DNA of 64,000 bases from positions 67,972-131,971 of the forward strand of contig NW_005201183.1 of the NCBI RefSeq assembly GCF_000372725.1, in the 5' to 3' direction. This document shows, one piece after another, positions 11,214-23,680 of this stretch (the first letter of the stretch is position 1; each line of letters begins with the position of its first letter). The stretch comes from Emiliania huxleyi CCMP1516 (taxonomy: Eukaryota). Made by a program: the position numbers and the translations under genes. The notes beneath the pieces were generated by a model that was not told the DNA's origin, ran no database searches, and worked only from the letters and a program-made list of their open reading frames with translations.

Positions 11214-11873
11214 AATGAGTATAGACCGCGGCCGCGTCGGTTTTTTGCTTTATAGAAGACTCTTGTGTGTGTGTGTGTGTATCTCTGTACCGAGATTGCT
11301 CGCAGGTACAGACAGGAAGTACAGGTAGCCTTACTAGCGGGGTATACCTTACACGTCTCTCCCCAGGTGACCAGAGCCCCCCCCCCCCCCCGCCCCTTCT
11401 CTCTCTCGCTAGTACACATGGAAATTGGAATCGAGCTGGCAGCTCCCGTTTCGTTTACGTTTTGCTGCGAGAAGATGCGATATTTGTGCGGCGCTGCGGG
11501 AGAGAGAAACGGGCTGCGAGAGAAGCAAGCCAAGCGTGAATATAACTCCGCGGACCCCCGCGCGAGGCCCCGAGCCCCCGACGCGACTCGACGTGTCAGC
11601 AGGTGGGGGCAGAGAGAGAGGCCAGAGCAACCACCCCGAGCACCCGCGCGCACCGAGTACAAGCGCGGGGCCAGAAGCCCCACCGGAGGGGAGCGGGAGG
11701 TAGAAACAGAAAGGCCGCACACGGAGAACACTGACACGACGCGGGGGGGGAGCCTGCTCTCCTCTGCGGTAGAGGCGGAGAAACGCGCACAGAGGCCAAG
11801 ACAGAGCGGGGAGGGAGAGGCGGGCCACCTCAAACTCGTGCGCGTCCTCCAATCGCGACATCCGCTGAGGCGG

Positions 11874-14800
11874 TCATCTCTCCGGCCCCCTCGTCGGCGG
11901 TCGAATCTCCAGCAGCGAGCGCAGGTTGCCAGGCAGCAACTCCTTCCCCGCCTCGAGTAGACGTGTCCGGGCGGAGGCTGGGCTCTCGTCGGGCGCAAAC
12001 ACCTCCGCCACAAAGGACATGAAACGCTGCTGGTACTCCCCGGCGGGTGCGGCCGAGATGCCCTGCGGCTTGTCGCCCTTGACGTACGTCTTGAGGCACC
12101 GCTCGCCAACCTTTTCGCACGTCCACGCCTGCAGCACGTCGATGACTCCGAGGAGCATCACCCCCCCTCCGTGCTGCAGCACCGTCTCCTCGGCGCCCTT
12201 GGGCTGGCCGCTGATGGCGGCGGCGGGCGGCGGCGAGTCAAAGACGCCGAGGAGCAGAGAGTAGTCCATCAGGTTCAAGTCACGTAGGAACGCGGTGTCC
12301 GCCTCGAGCCGCGCGATCAGCTTGGCGCACTGCGCCGCGGGAAGCTTGATCGGGATCTTCTCGCAGCCGTCGAGGCTGGCGCGGACGCGGCGGAGGCCGT
12401 CGCGACGCAGGTCGTTGTCCTTGAGGACCTGCGAGCGACGGGGCGGAGTGCTGGGTCGAGGGAGGCGCGCGGGTCGAGGCCCTCAGGGAGGGTTGTGTGG
12501 GGGGGGGGGGGGGGGGGGAACCCAATTGGCCGGGGCTTTTCCCAAAGGGGGGGGGGGGGGGGGGGGGGGTCCCGACCCCCCCAGCAGCAGAGCGCTGCTG
12601 CTGGGGGGGGGTCCCGACCCCCCCAGCAGCAGAGCGCTGCTGCTGGGGGGGGGGGTCGGCCATGGGCTTAGGTGTGCAGGGGGGGTACCGAGCAGTGTGC
12701 GGCCGCTCTACGTCTGGGGGGGCGACCCCCCCATCTTTGTTTACCGATGCGTCCTAGAATGCAAAAACGCATTCTAGGACGCACTTTTCATCTCAAAGAT
12801 ACCATGTGTCTCGGGTACACAGGGCATTCTAGGATGCGACGGCTGTCCTGGAGATAGCCGCGCCGTGTCTTTNNNNNNNNNNNNNNNNNNNNNNNNNNNN
12901 NNNNNNNNNNNNNNNNNNNNNNNNNNNNNNNNNNNNNNNNNNNNNNNNNNNNNNNNNNNNNNNNNNNNNNNNGGGGGGGTGGACCGACTGGCCGGGCTTG
13001 CCCGTGCGGTTGACCCACGAGCCCTTGAGGTCGTACCGCACTGCGGGAGAGACGTCGCCGTGCAGGTGGAAGGCGGAGCGGAGCACCACAAAGTGGATGG
13101 TGCGCCCGTAGAGGTACATCGAGAACTGGCCGAGGAAGCGGTTGATGTAGGAGGCGGGCTGGTCGTGAAAGTGGCGCGCAAAGGAGGGCGCGAGCTTGCG
13201 CAAGGCCGCCGCCTCCTCCGAAGAGAGCGTCTTGACGACGAGCTGCCCGTCCTGGGAGGGGAAGAGGAACGCGCCCGAGGCGCCTCCCTTGAGGCCGCCG
13301 CCGGCGTGCTCGATCGACTCGATCGACAGCTGCAGCCTCTCGAAGTCGACTCCGGCGCCGTCCCGCATCGCGCCAAACTCGCGCGGCGCCGTGGCGACGA
13401 AGCGGACGCGCGGGCGCGGGCCGAGCACGCGCGTCATCAGCCCCCCCAGCCGCGAGTTCGTCGTCTTGAACGAGGAGAGCGAGGCAAACTGCGCGCCGTC
13501 GCGCGGGGCGAAGGTGCGGCTCACCTGTGGGCGAGCAACCTGTCAGCCAAGCAGGCCAGGAAACGCAGATGCAGTGGGCAGTGAAGACGGCCGGGGGGCG
13601 CGAGAGAAGTCGAGAAGGCAAGAGGGCGAGAGGTCGAGCAGGCAAGAGGGAGAGAGGGCGAGAAGGCAAGAGGGAGAGAGGGCGAGAAGGCAAGAGGGAG
13701 AGAGGGCGAGAAGGCAAGAGGGCGAGAGGGCGAGAACGGCGCTCACCGTCTGCCTGGCGCTGTGGAGGTGCGGCACCGCCGAGGGGAGGTAGAGCACGAG
13801 CAGCGCCCCCACCAGCAGCGCGTCCAGCGCGTGGGCGTCCCACCTGGCATGCGACACGCGCCCCCGCTGAGGGGAGGGGCTCTCTCTCCTGCGCCGTCAA
13901 GGAGGGGCCGCCTCACCCGCCCAGCGTGCAGTGCGGCTCCTCCCCTCCCCCCGCAGCCGCGCTGAAGGCGGCGACGAGGCCGAGGGCGGCCGCCTGGCTG
14001 CCGAGGCGTATCGCAGCCTCGGGCGTGTCGAGGAGGCGCCGCCAGATGGCGCCGCGGGACCCGGCGGCGTGCGACGAGGTGATGGCGAGCGCGAAGGAGA
14101 GCAGGTGCAGGATCGGGAGCAGGGCGGTGATCCAAGTGCACGGGTCGTGCCACTGGGCGGCGACCGCGTCGGCGTGCTCGACCTGCTCCTGCTGCTCGCG
14201 GAACGAGTCGAGAGACGCCTCCTGCGCGACGGTCATCGCGAAGTCCCACAGCTGCTCCGCGCGCTCGATCTCCTCCCTGTGCCGCTCGTACTCGTCGGCG
14301 CTGATCCGCTCGGCGAGCGCCGCGCCCTTGGCGGTGATGGCCACGACCTTGCCGTCCGTGGTGATGTCAGACCAGCGGCCGTAGTACGCCTAATCTCGGG
14401 TAATCTCGGGTAATCTCGGGTAATCTCGGGTAATGTCGGCCCAGCGGCCGTAGTACGCCTCGCTCATGATTGCGTACGCCCACTCGCCGAACTCGGCCGT
14501 CTCCTCCGCGTCCAGCTTGACCAGCCGGCGGCGGCTGTGCCGCCCGACGGTCAGCCGCACCTTCTCGTCCTCGGAGGCGTACGAGTACGTGGAGTCGTCG
14601 CCGCCAAAGAGCCAGCTGGTCGCAGCAGAGAGCGGGTCGTCCGCCACGGCGGGCTTGTGCGGCCGGAGGCGCGCGGTGTAGCACGCTGCGGACGGGCACG
14701 TTAGCATGGCCCGCGGCAGCGGCGGCCACCCCGCACCAATCCCTCGCGGCCCGCTCAGCTGGCGGGCGAGCAACAGCCAGCAGATCGACACCACCTGGAC

Positions 14801-17800
14801 GACCGTCAGGACCTCGCGGAAACGCGACGAGCCGCCGCCGCCGCCGCCCGCCCCCCCCTCCGGGCCCGCCTCTGCCGCGGCCGACGCGCGCACTCCCGCC
14901 GGCACCGGCGCCGGGCCGCCTCCTCCGCGCGCCGTCGCCTCGCCCTCCTCGGTGTCGCGCTTGGCGTACCTAATCTCGGGCAATCTCGGGTAATCTCGGG
15001 TCATCTCGGGTCATCTCGCCCTCCTCCGTGTCGCGCTTGGCGTACCTGGCTCCGCACCCCTCCTCCGCGAGCAGCTCCAGCGGCGGCTCCTCCGACGCGG
15101 GCTCCAGCATCACCACGAGCGGGGCGCCTACCCGCAGACCCGCATCCGCGTGAGCCGACGCCTGCGCGCTCCTCGAGCCTCCTCGAGGCGGCGGCGAGGC
15201 GGCGGCCGTCGCGAGGCAGCGCTTCGTCCGCCGCGCCGCACGTCGCTGCGACGCCCTTTCGTATGCAATGCAGCACCTCGTCGCGGAGCGCCTCGTTGCC
15301 CGTGGGGTCCGTGTCGTCGACCTAATCTCGGGTAATCTCGGGTAATCTCGGGTAATCTCGCCTCGTTGCCCGTGGGGTCCGTGTCGTCGACCTCGAACCC
15401 GCCCGCCTCGCCCTCCCCCTCCTCCTCGCCCTCCCCCTCCCCCTCCTCCTCCCACCCCCGCCCGGCCAGCGCCGTGTCGGGCTCGCCGCCGCGCTTGACC
15501 GCTCCAGCGCCTGCGTCGGCCCCACCGCCGGCCGCCACGCCGCCGTAGCCGAGCAGCAGCCGCCAAGGCACGGGCGCGAAGAGGCCGGCGCGCTGCTGCG
15601 ACGCGAGGAAGGCCATCGTCCACAGTCCCTGCATCGAGAGCATCACCTATCGAGGTCTCGGGTGGTCAGCACCCTGTTGAATCGCCCACAGTCCCTGCAT
15701 CGAGAGCATCACCTATCGAGGTCTCGGGTGGTCAGCACCCCCCTGCTGACCTTAAGGGCGGAGGCCGGAAGGCCGTCGTCCACAGGCCCTGCACCGAGAG
15801 CGTCACACCTGCATGAGGCCGATCCAGTTGGCATCGTCCCCCGCGTGCTCCGGGTCGCTCCACCGCCACGTGGCGAGCGGCTTGCACGCGCGCACAAGCC
15901 ACTTGCAGTCGGCGACGTTGAGCGAGCCTTGGGCGGTCACGGGAGGGGGGGGGCCAGGGGGTGGCGTCGGCCCGGCTGCTGCGGGCAGCGCTGCCGGCGG
16001 GAGAGTGGGCGCGTGGGCGCGTGGGCGTGTGGGCGTGTGGCGTGTGTGGCGGGCGTGTGGCGGGTGTGGCGGGCGTGTGGGCGTGTGGCAGGTGTGGGGT
16101 GTGGCGGGTGTGGCGGGTGTGGGTGTGGAGAGGGTGGGCGTGTGGCAGGTGTGGGGTGTGGCGGGTGTGGCGGGCGTGTGGCGGGCGTGTGGCGGGTGTG
16201 GCGGGTGTGTGGCGGGTGTGGCGGGCGTGGTTCACCCAGCTGGAACATGAGGTAGTAGAGGGGGATCCAGTAGAGCCCGTAGTGGTGGAAGATCGAGTCG
16301 ACGTTCCGCGCGATGGCCTGCTCGCGCGCGCGCATCGCGCGTGTCGACGCGCCGTTCATCGTCCACCCGAGGACGACCACCAGCAGCAGCGAGGTCAGCA
16401 GGCTGAGGAACGCCCAAAAGTAGGCCGCCAAGACCCACGTGCCGCTCGCCAGCGCCGAGTCGTCCTCGTCCGACCAGTCGCCTGAGTAAGAGCTCCTTCA
16501 CCGCTAACCATGAATCCTTACTTCGGAGCCCTCCTCGTCCGACCAGTCGCCGGAGCGCGGCCAGCACTCGATCGGCAGCGTGTGGATCGGCCGCGGCACC
16601 GTGGCCGTCGCAAAGCAAAACTTTGACGCGGCGGTCGCGTTCGCGCCGCCGCTGCCGCCGCCGCTTCTGACGCCGCCGCTGCCGCAGCCCTCCGCGCCGA
16701 AGAGCCCGGCGGTCCACACCCGCTCCTCGCGAGTCGCGTGCACCTTGGGTTCGGGTACCGTGGGGTAGGGGAGGGTGGGTTCGGGTACTGTGGGGATGGG
16801 GGAGGGCGAGTCGCGTGCACCTTGGCGGCGGCGAGGGCGGCGCAGACGAAGCGCGACGTGTCAGACTGGTTGAGAGAACACGACGTCTCCATCAGCCTAC
16901 GCGCACGGCCGGCCCACTCTAGCGGCCTGCTCGACGAGCCGGCGCGGTGTGCCTCGCCCCTCGCGCCCGCGCACGGACAGGTTGGCGGGCGGGAGCTCCG
17001 CCTTCCACGTGTGCAGGGTTAGGGTCAGGGTTAGGGTTAGGGCTAGGGTTAGGGTTAGGGTCAGGGCTAGGGCTAGGGCTAGGGCTAGGGCTAGGGCTAG
17101 TGTTAGTGTTAGTGTTACGGTTAGTGTTAGTGTTAGGGTTAGTGTTAGTGTTAGGGTTAGGGTTAGTGTTGGGGCTAGGATTAGGGTTAGGGTTAGGGTT
17201 AGGGTTAGAGTTGCCTTCCACGTGTGCAGGCAAAAGCCGGCCTCGATGGCAAGCAGCTCGTCCCGAGCCTACAGACCCTCCTCCGGGCAAGGGTCACGCA
17301 AAGGCTCTGACGGAGGCCAGCTCTCGCCGGCGGCTGAAGTCGGCGCACCGGGTGGTGCCGCAGCCAAGGGACGGACGAGTCGAGCGGCTGCGACGCCATC
17401 CGCGTCCTGTCGAGCTCGTCTGCCGCGCCGGCAGGGTCGAGGAGGAGGCGGAAGCCATAGGAGAGGGCCGCGCTGAGGCCTGGAGAGGGAGGCGGCGAGA
17501 GACACTGCGGGAGGGGGAGGGGGGGGGGCGTTGGGGTGTCGCGAGACAGACGACAGCTTGTAGCGGCACCGTACGCGCAGACGCGGGAGCCGAAGGCGAG
17601 CCTGTTCACGGCTGCAGGTGTGAAGAGACGCCGTTCACAGCGTGAGACCGCAGACGCGGGAGCCGAAGGCGAGCCAGAGCGAGAAGGCGGCAGCTCCTCC
17701 CCAGACGAGAAGGTGGTAGAGGCGGCGGGCGCGCGCGTTGTCAGTGAAGGGGTCGCGCCTTGGGTTTGGGTGCCGTGGAGTAGGCAAGGGTGGGTTCGGG

Positions 17801-18753
17801 TACTGTGGGGGTAGGGGAGGGGTTGTCGGTGAAGGGGTCGCGCCTTGCGCAGGGGCGGGAGGGGCGGGGCGGGGTGGGAGAGGCGGGCAGGGCAGGGGAA
17901 GGAGGAGGGGAAGGAGGAGGGGAAGGAGCAGGGGCGGGGGGAGGGGCGGGGCGAGGTGCACATCAGCAGGAACACATCGACCGCCATCACCAGAGCCTGC
18001 GGGCAGAGGGGGCCAGGTGAGACCAGCCTCCACGGTACAGCCGTGCCCGCGCGTGGCGAGGAGGAGACCCATCCCTCGTGCGCCAGGAAGCCAAAGTGCA
18101 CCAGCAGCGGGTTGAGCGACGCCGCCACTGAGCCGCAAAAGTCGCGCCCGATGAGCGACGCCTACAGAGCAGCAGGAGGCGACGGCTGGGCGGAGCTGCC
18201 GTCGTCACCGGTGCGGTCTCCCTTCGGTCCCGGCGCAGCGGCACCGGCACCGCCAGCTCAGCCAGCGCCGTGCCAGCCACCGCGGCGGCGGCGACGCCCG
18301 TCGCTAGCGACCGCCTGCGGATCGGGCGGCGCGGGCGACGTGAGAGAGACAGCAGCGCTGCTCGGCCCTCTCCTCCCGCACCTCGGCTGCTCATCTGGCG
18401 GTGACTCTCGCTCCCACGCCCCTCCCGGGCCGCGAGATGTACACCCCCACAACTCTGCGCGCGCACCAGGCCAGCAGCTGGTTGGGGTAGCGGCGCCACT
18501 TGCGGACGTAGTAGCACCACAGGTTGAGCGCCACCGCGCCGAGGGAGGATGTGGCGCCCATCAGCCTCGAGATGGTGCTGGGCCTGCTGGTCAGCTGCAA
18601 GCCACCGACAACGAAGGCGGCAAAGCCCAAAGCAATTAGCGCCGCCTGGAGAACGCATACTCTGTGATCAACAACGGGTGTGAGAGACAGGTCGCGACGC
18701 GGGCACGTCGGCCTGCACGGCAGCGTCTCGTCGCACGCCGGCAATCCCGGCAT
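11874..18753 (-). CDS. GPCR-PIP kinase fusion (7TM + PIP5K domain), multi-exon, spans an N gap
   Basis: Predicted spliced 7TM motifs RYPNQLLAWRS, LAHEGWALVMAVD...RDPF, YHLLVW, ECW, GLYW, MQGLW; LR-x9-GV at 15250-15288; PIPK motifs GASGAFLF, VVKT, YDLKGS, LKDNDL, MDYSLLLG, GVIDVLQ. Start codon uncertain. Confidence 0.85.
12748..12783. repeat. Perfect 15-bp inverted repeat with 6-nt loop (intronic)
   Basis: tgcgtcctagaatgc-aaaaac-gcattctaggacgca; a further arm-like copy near 12824-12837. Confidence 0.85.
12873..12971. other. Assembly gap (others at 46091-46190 and 47786-48077)
   Basis: N runs. Confidence 1.
13525..13746 (-). other. GT-AG intron with 24-nt tandem repeats; starts with a diverged copy of the next exon
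   Basis: gtgagcgccgttctcgccc versus exon gtgagccgcaccttcgccc; removal gives RQT|VSRTF in frame. Confidence 0.7.
14390..15391 (-). other. Three introns (14390-14458, 14970-15045, 15322-15391), each an exon duplicate plus (cccgagatta)n
   Basis: Each begins with an 18-33-nt copy of the downstream exon and ends ...gagattAG; removal restores the frame. Confidence 0.85.
16744..16820 (-). mobile_element. Intron-forming cassette family B, copy 1
   Basis: 15-nt exon duplicate plus ccccacagtacccgaacccaccctcccctaccccacggtacccgaacccAAG. Confidence 0.75.
17002..17214 (-). repeat. Intron made of degenerate telomeric (CCCTAA)n flanked by an 18-nt direct repeat
   Basis: gccttccacgtgtgcagg at 17000-17017 and 17213-17230; GC donor, AAG acceptor. 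Confidence 0.85.
17602..17674 (-). mobile_element. Intron-forming cassette family A, copy 1
   Basis: 26-nt exon duplicate plus tgtgaacggcgtctcttcacacctgcagccgtgaaCAG. Confidence 0.8.
17759..17843 (-). mobile_element. Family B copy 2, inserted at an existing acceptor
   Basis: gttgtcRgtgaaggggtcgcgccttg duplicated at 17737-17762 and 17822-17847 around the B core. Confidence 0.75.
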
Positions 18754-18891
18754 CGCGCGCCCTGCCGCGGGGAAGAAAGCGAGCGGGCACGCCGCCTGAC
18801 TCCCAGGTCTTCATGGCTGGATCCGCGCCTTCGGCCTCAGAGGAGGGTTCGGGCACTAGACGCGCAGGGGTGGACTGGACGCCCCGAGGAC

Positions 18892-19000
<109 letters not shown>

Positions 19001-20001
19001 TCCACGCCGGAACCAGGTGTCAAATCTGCCGATGCGTGATCTGTGTGTGGGCTGCTCTATGAGTCGTCCAGGCATGGTCCGACGGGTAGGGAGTCTGTGC
19101 CCGGGCGGTGTCCGGTGTGGAGTCTCTCTCTGATCCCGCCTGTGATGTTGGGTGCGAGGTCGTGGAAGCTTCGATCCCAAGGGGGGGAGCTGATCTCACT
19201 GGTAACCAACTCTCAGGGGCAGCACTCGAGTAGGTGGGCGAACTTCAAGCGCGCTCATCTCGAACGACCAGGCGTCGCTACGCGCGGTCTTCCGCGGGGG
19301 GAGCTTCGTCGACGGGTGTTGGACTGCGGCGCAGCCAGTGCCGCGGCGATGCCTCCGGCTGGTGCGGCGAGTGGGTTGCTACTCGCTGCAATGGCGGCGA
19401 AAAACTCGTGACACGCCAAGAGCTTATGCTCTGTCGAGACGTGAGGCGCATGCGCCCAAGAGGGGAGGGCGCATGCGTAACGACGCTGCTAGAGATGCCT
19501 TTCGGGGCCCAGAGATGAAACTTCTGATGCCATGCGTGACCTAGTAGTGTCCCCAGCTATGGGCGTGTCCACGTTGGAGCCAGGTGTGGTGTGGACGCGA
19601 GAATAGCTCCGCCGTTCATGGAGGCAACTCCGATGCCGCGATGCGAGTCGTTCCGGTGGTGTGTGTCGTCGTGGTCATTGTCGTGGTTTCGTATCAGTGA
19701 GAGTTTCGCACCACCGGAGCCGCCTAAGCGACTCCGTTAAGTAAGATAAGATTAAGAACAGCAATGCACTCCGCCCATGCCGAGAAAAGAATTCTTAAGA
19801 TACAAGCCTCTCTCACAGCACACTGGCACGACAAGGGCGCAGACTGGCGCGGACTGGCACACACACAGGCTCACAGCCGAGAAAAGAAAGAAAACTGCAG
19901 TTGACTTCATTGCCTCTCTCTTGCGCCTCGCCGCGGGTCCTCGCCGCGGGTGAACGCGCCTCCGCCAACCGCTCCCGCGAGTGCAAACGCGCGTTGCTGT
20001 G

Positions 20002-22107
20002 ATGAGCCATCCCAGTCTCGCCATGGCCGGCGTCGCCCTGCTGGCCGCGGCCGTGGCTGCCGAGCGCGTCTGCGTTGACCCAGGCGGCGCGAGCTGCTCC
20101 GAGGCGTCCGACGCCGCCCTCTCTGACGCCCTCTCTGCGAACGAGGTGGACCACAACCGCGAGTCTGCCGAGGCGTGCCGGCACTTCTTCTGCGGCGATG
20201 CGGCGGCGGAGGTGGCTCTGCCCCAGATGAGCCGCCACCCGCTCGGCCACGGCCCGCTGGTCGACATCGTCGAGGGCGCCGGCGAGGAGGAGCACTCCAT
20301 CTACGTGACGGAGGCGCCGCTCTTCTCGGCGGCCGAGTGCGACGAGGTGGTGGCGTTGGCCGAGGCGGAGGGAGGCGGCCTTCCGAGCACAAAGTCGGGC
20401 AAGTACCGCATCGGCAAGGCCTGGGTGAGGGAGATGCCGGGTGTGCTGAGCTGGTTCAACGGCGCGCTCGAGACGAAGCTGTACCCGGCGCTGGCGCAGC
20501 TCTTCCCGGCGCACGTCTCTTCGACGGCGCAGCTGCGGGCGCACTCGGTCGCCATCCTCAAGTACAACGAGTCGCACCCCGCGACCGACGTCCACATCGA
20601 CGACGCGCTGCTCGCCTTTACGGTGGCGCTCTCGCCCTCCTCCTCGTTCGAGGGGGGAGGGACGTACTTCGAGAGCCTGCGGGCGGTGCTGCCGATGGGG
20701 CAGGGCATGGTCAGGTGTGAACAGCGTCTCTTCACACGTCCAGCTGTGAACAGGTGCTGCCGATGGAGCAGGGCATGGTCACTTTCCGGCCCGGCGCCGT
20801 GCGGCATGCGGGCCACGCTGTCTCCTCCGGCCTCCGGTACGTCCTCGGCGGCTTCATCGCGCTCGCAGACAGAGTCGAGCACGTGAGGCGGCTCAACGAG
20901 CGTGGCAACCGGCTGCTGCTCGCCCCGTCGCCGACTGCCCCCGAGCTCGAGCAGGCGGACCGGCTGTTTGCGCAGGGGCTGCGCCTCAACCCGCACTGCT
21001 CCCTCTGCCACGCCAACCGCGCCGACGCGCTGCTGCGCCTCGACCGGCCTGCAGAGGCGGAGGAGGAGCTCAAGGCGCAGACGGCGCTGCTGCCGCTCGA
21101 CTCGGACGCCCACTTCTCGCTCGGCGTCGCTCTCCGCGCGCAGGTCCATATCTCCCCGTATCTCCCCATATCTCCCCGTATCTCCCCGTATCTCCCCGTA
21201 TCTCCCCACCTTTCCCCACCTCTCCCCACCTCTCCCCACCTCTCCCCACCTCTCCCCACCTCTCCCCACCTCTCCCCACCTCTCGCTCGGCGCCGCCCCT
21301 CCGCAGGGCCGCACGGCCGAGGCGGTGCAGGCGTACCAGGCCGCGTTGCGCCTCGTGCCGCGCGACTTCGACGCGTGGGTGAACCTCGCCGCCGCACTCG
21401 CTGACCTGGAGCGGTTCGGCGAGGAGGCGGACGCCTACGAGCACGCGGCGGAGCTGCGGCCGTCCGAGGCGCTGCCGTGGCTCAACTTGGGCGAGGCGCG
21501 CCTCTCGACCGGCGACGAGGCCGCGGCGGAGCTCGCCTTCCGACGCGCCTCTGCGGCTGCACCGACCGACGCGCGGCCGTTCCTCTCCCTCGGCCGGCTG
21601 AGCGCTCGCCAGTCGAGACCTGCCGAGGCGATCGACCTCTTCTACCAGGGCGCGCTCGCAAACTCGGAGTACTTTGACGAGGCGAAGCAGGGCATCGCCA
21701 CCGCGCGCACGCAGCAAGGCCGCCTCTCCGAGGCCCTCGCAGACTTCGAGTCGGCGCAGCGGATGGCGCCGAACAGCGAGAAGGTGCGCGCGGCGGTGGA
21801 GGACGTGAGGCGGCAGGCGGCGGCACTCGCGCGCGTCGAGGCCGGCCTCGAGGACCGAGCAGCGGAGGTGTGCGGCACGCCTTGCCGCGACGTGGTCGAC
21901 ACGTCCGGCTACGCGGTGTGCGCCGTCTCGTGGGCGGACGGCTGCGGCGACGCGCCGCCGCCCGACGGCTTCTCCGCCGCCTCACGCGTGGCGGACCTGT
22001 GCGAGCGCACTTGCGCCTTCTACCTGCTGCGAAGCGGCGCCGTCGTGGACGAGGCGTCCGGAGAGGCGACGGAGACGGCGGCAGGAGAGGCGGCGGCCGC
22101 GCCGTGA
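20002..22107 (+). CDS. Secreted 2OG-Fe(II) oxygenase + TPR repeats + Cys-rich C-terminal domain; introns 20686-20753 and 21144-21306
   Basis: Signal-like MAGVALLAAAVAA; HxD (DVHID), FEGGGTYF, RHAG, GLRY; TPRs such as DSDAHFSLGVALRAQ|GRTAEAVQAYQAAL. Confidence 0.85.
20686..20753 (+). mobile_element. Family A copy 2
   Basis: gtgctgccgatggRgcagggcatggtca duplicated around ggtgtgaacagcgtctcttcacacgtccagctgtgaaCAG. Confidence 0.8.
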
Positions 22108-22352
22108 TGTGCCGGCATACTGTATGAGCGGAGGGCTAGGCCCCATTGGCACTACAGTACTGCCGGTCGGCAGCGCGGCGGCGCGTGATGCGGTGGGAGA
22201 AGGAAAGCATTTTTTGTCCAGATAAATACCACAACATGCAAGATAGTCTCACAGGGCGGTCTCTCACTCTCTCTGCAGGCAGCGCCGGCGCTCGTAGTAC
22301 ATAGACGGCTGGGCCGGCCACTCTAGGACAGCGAGGATGTAAAGCGTGCCGA

Positions 22353-22565
22353 TCAACATATCGTGCACGAGCCCTTGGACCCTCGCTTGCCACCGATCCA
22401 CGCATTCTGAGACGGTGGATAGTCGGGTCTGAGCGGCTCCGCCGTCTGCTCCGTGAATGCGATGATGTCTTTTGCGGCGGCGCTGCTCGAAATCATCTCG
22501 TCCTTGCAAAAGGCGTACTCCTGCCGCAGCTGCTGCACGTCGTCGCCCGACATGACGAGCGCCAT
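22353..22565 (-). CDS. Heterotrimeric G-protein gamma subunit (GGL domain, CaaX)
   Basis: About 70 aa: VQQLRQE...ISSSAAAKDIIAF...EPL...NAW...CTIC*. Alternative start at 22553. Confidence 0.8.
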   Translation of the reverse strand: MALVMSGDDVQQLRQEYAFCKDEMISSSAAAKDIIAFTEQTAEPLRPDYPPSQNAWIGGKRGSKGSCTIC

Positions 22566-23553
22566 CGGAAGCGGGCAGAGGCCGTCAGGCGTCTCTCCGG
22601 CCACTGGCGTCTCAGCGCGCTCGCAAAGAGGCCGACCAACCAACAGACTCACAGAGAATCACAGTCTGCTCATGCAGGTGGGGACCCTGTCCTCCTCCCC
22701 CATCCCTCTCACAGTGGTTTGGGCTCGGCAGCTTTCTCAGCCCTCAGCCGAAGCTGGGGCCGGTGGTCCCTTGGGAAGAAAGCGCTCCCCAATGAATTCG
22801 ACGCGGTCGAGGGGAGAGAGAGAGGCGGATGCGGCGGTGGCGGCGGCTGCGAGAGAGGGAGGTGGACTGCAGCGGCCCGGGGGCCGACTAATGGCTGCCC
22901 GTAGAGAATGGGGGAGAGGGGACACCGTGGTTTTTGGCTAGTTTGTAGTAAAGAAGATCGATCGGTCACACCGCCATCGCCGTCGGGGAGAGGGGGGACG
23001 ACACTGGTCACTGCTTCGGCAGCGTGCACCTCGATCCTGAACCGTGTTTGTTATGACCCCCCCCAATGAACACGCCAGAGAGAGAGGGCGAGACGATCGA
23101 GGGGTCCCGTACCATGCGGAATCGACCCTATCCAGTGCTCAAGTGCTCAAGTAAAGAAGAGTTGCACTTGGGCTTCCCCTGAATGGGTTGGTGTGGACCA
23201 GTGTGGACAGCTTCACAGCTCCACTTCCTGCGCAATTCCAAACCCGTACAACTATGCCTGGGACATTATACATTCGTGGAGCTGTTCACACTTCGCGCTG
23301 TGAAAAGAGCTTGGCCGCCCGCGCCGTGTTGCTGCTGGCGGCCCGCTCGCTACGAGCCCTCCCCTCTGTCTCGCAGTCACATGTACATGTGCATGTACGG
23401 TGTCGGATGCACAGGTGTGGTGCTGCTTCCACAAGCCGGCCTTCGCAGGAAGTGTCTCGGATCAATGGCCGCGCTCTCGACGGCTCCACTCCGGACGCCT
23501 AGGCAGCTACCGAGAGCTTCCTTCCAGCAGCGCAAGGCGCGAGGCGCAGTGCC

Positions 23554-23680
23554 TCACAGCTTGCACTGGCCGCACACGTAGGAATCTAGTGCGGCGGCCT
23601 GCTTAATGGTCATGCCGACGCAAGCCGGGTGGAACCAGTCGGCGCACCCGTCGCACGCGATCATGACGGAGCAGTCCAGC
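23554..23680 (-). pseudogene. Isolated PHD-finger fragment
   Basis: MIACDGCADWFHPACVG...YVCGQC*; the N-terminal Cys pair is not clearly intact and no long upstream ORF is present. Confidence 0.7.

Noticed and set aside
20715..20753. Cassette-only intron using AG|GTGTGA
   Set aside because: It would shift the frame and lose the oxygenase RHAG/RY motifs.
23280..23310. Sixth family-A copy
   Set aside because: Only partial similarity (ttcacac...gctgtgaa); no flanking duplication or host gene.
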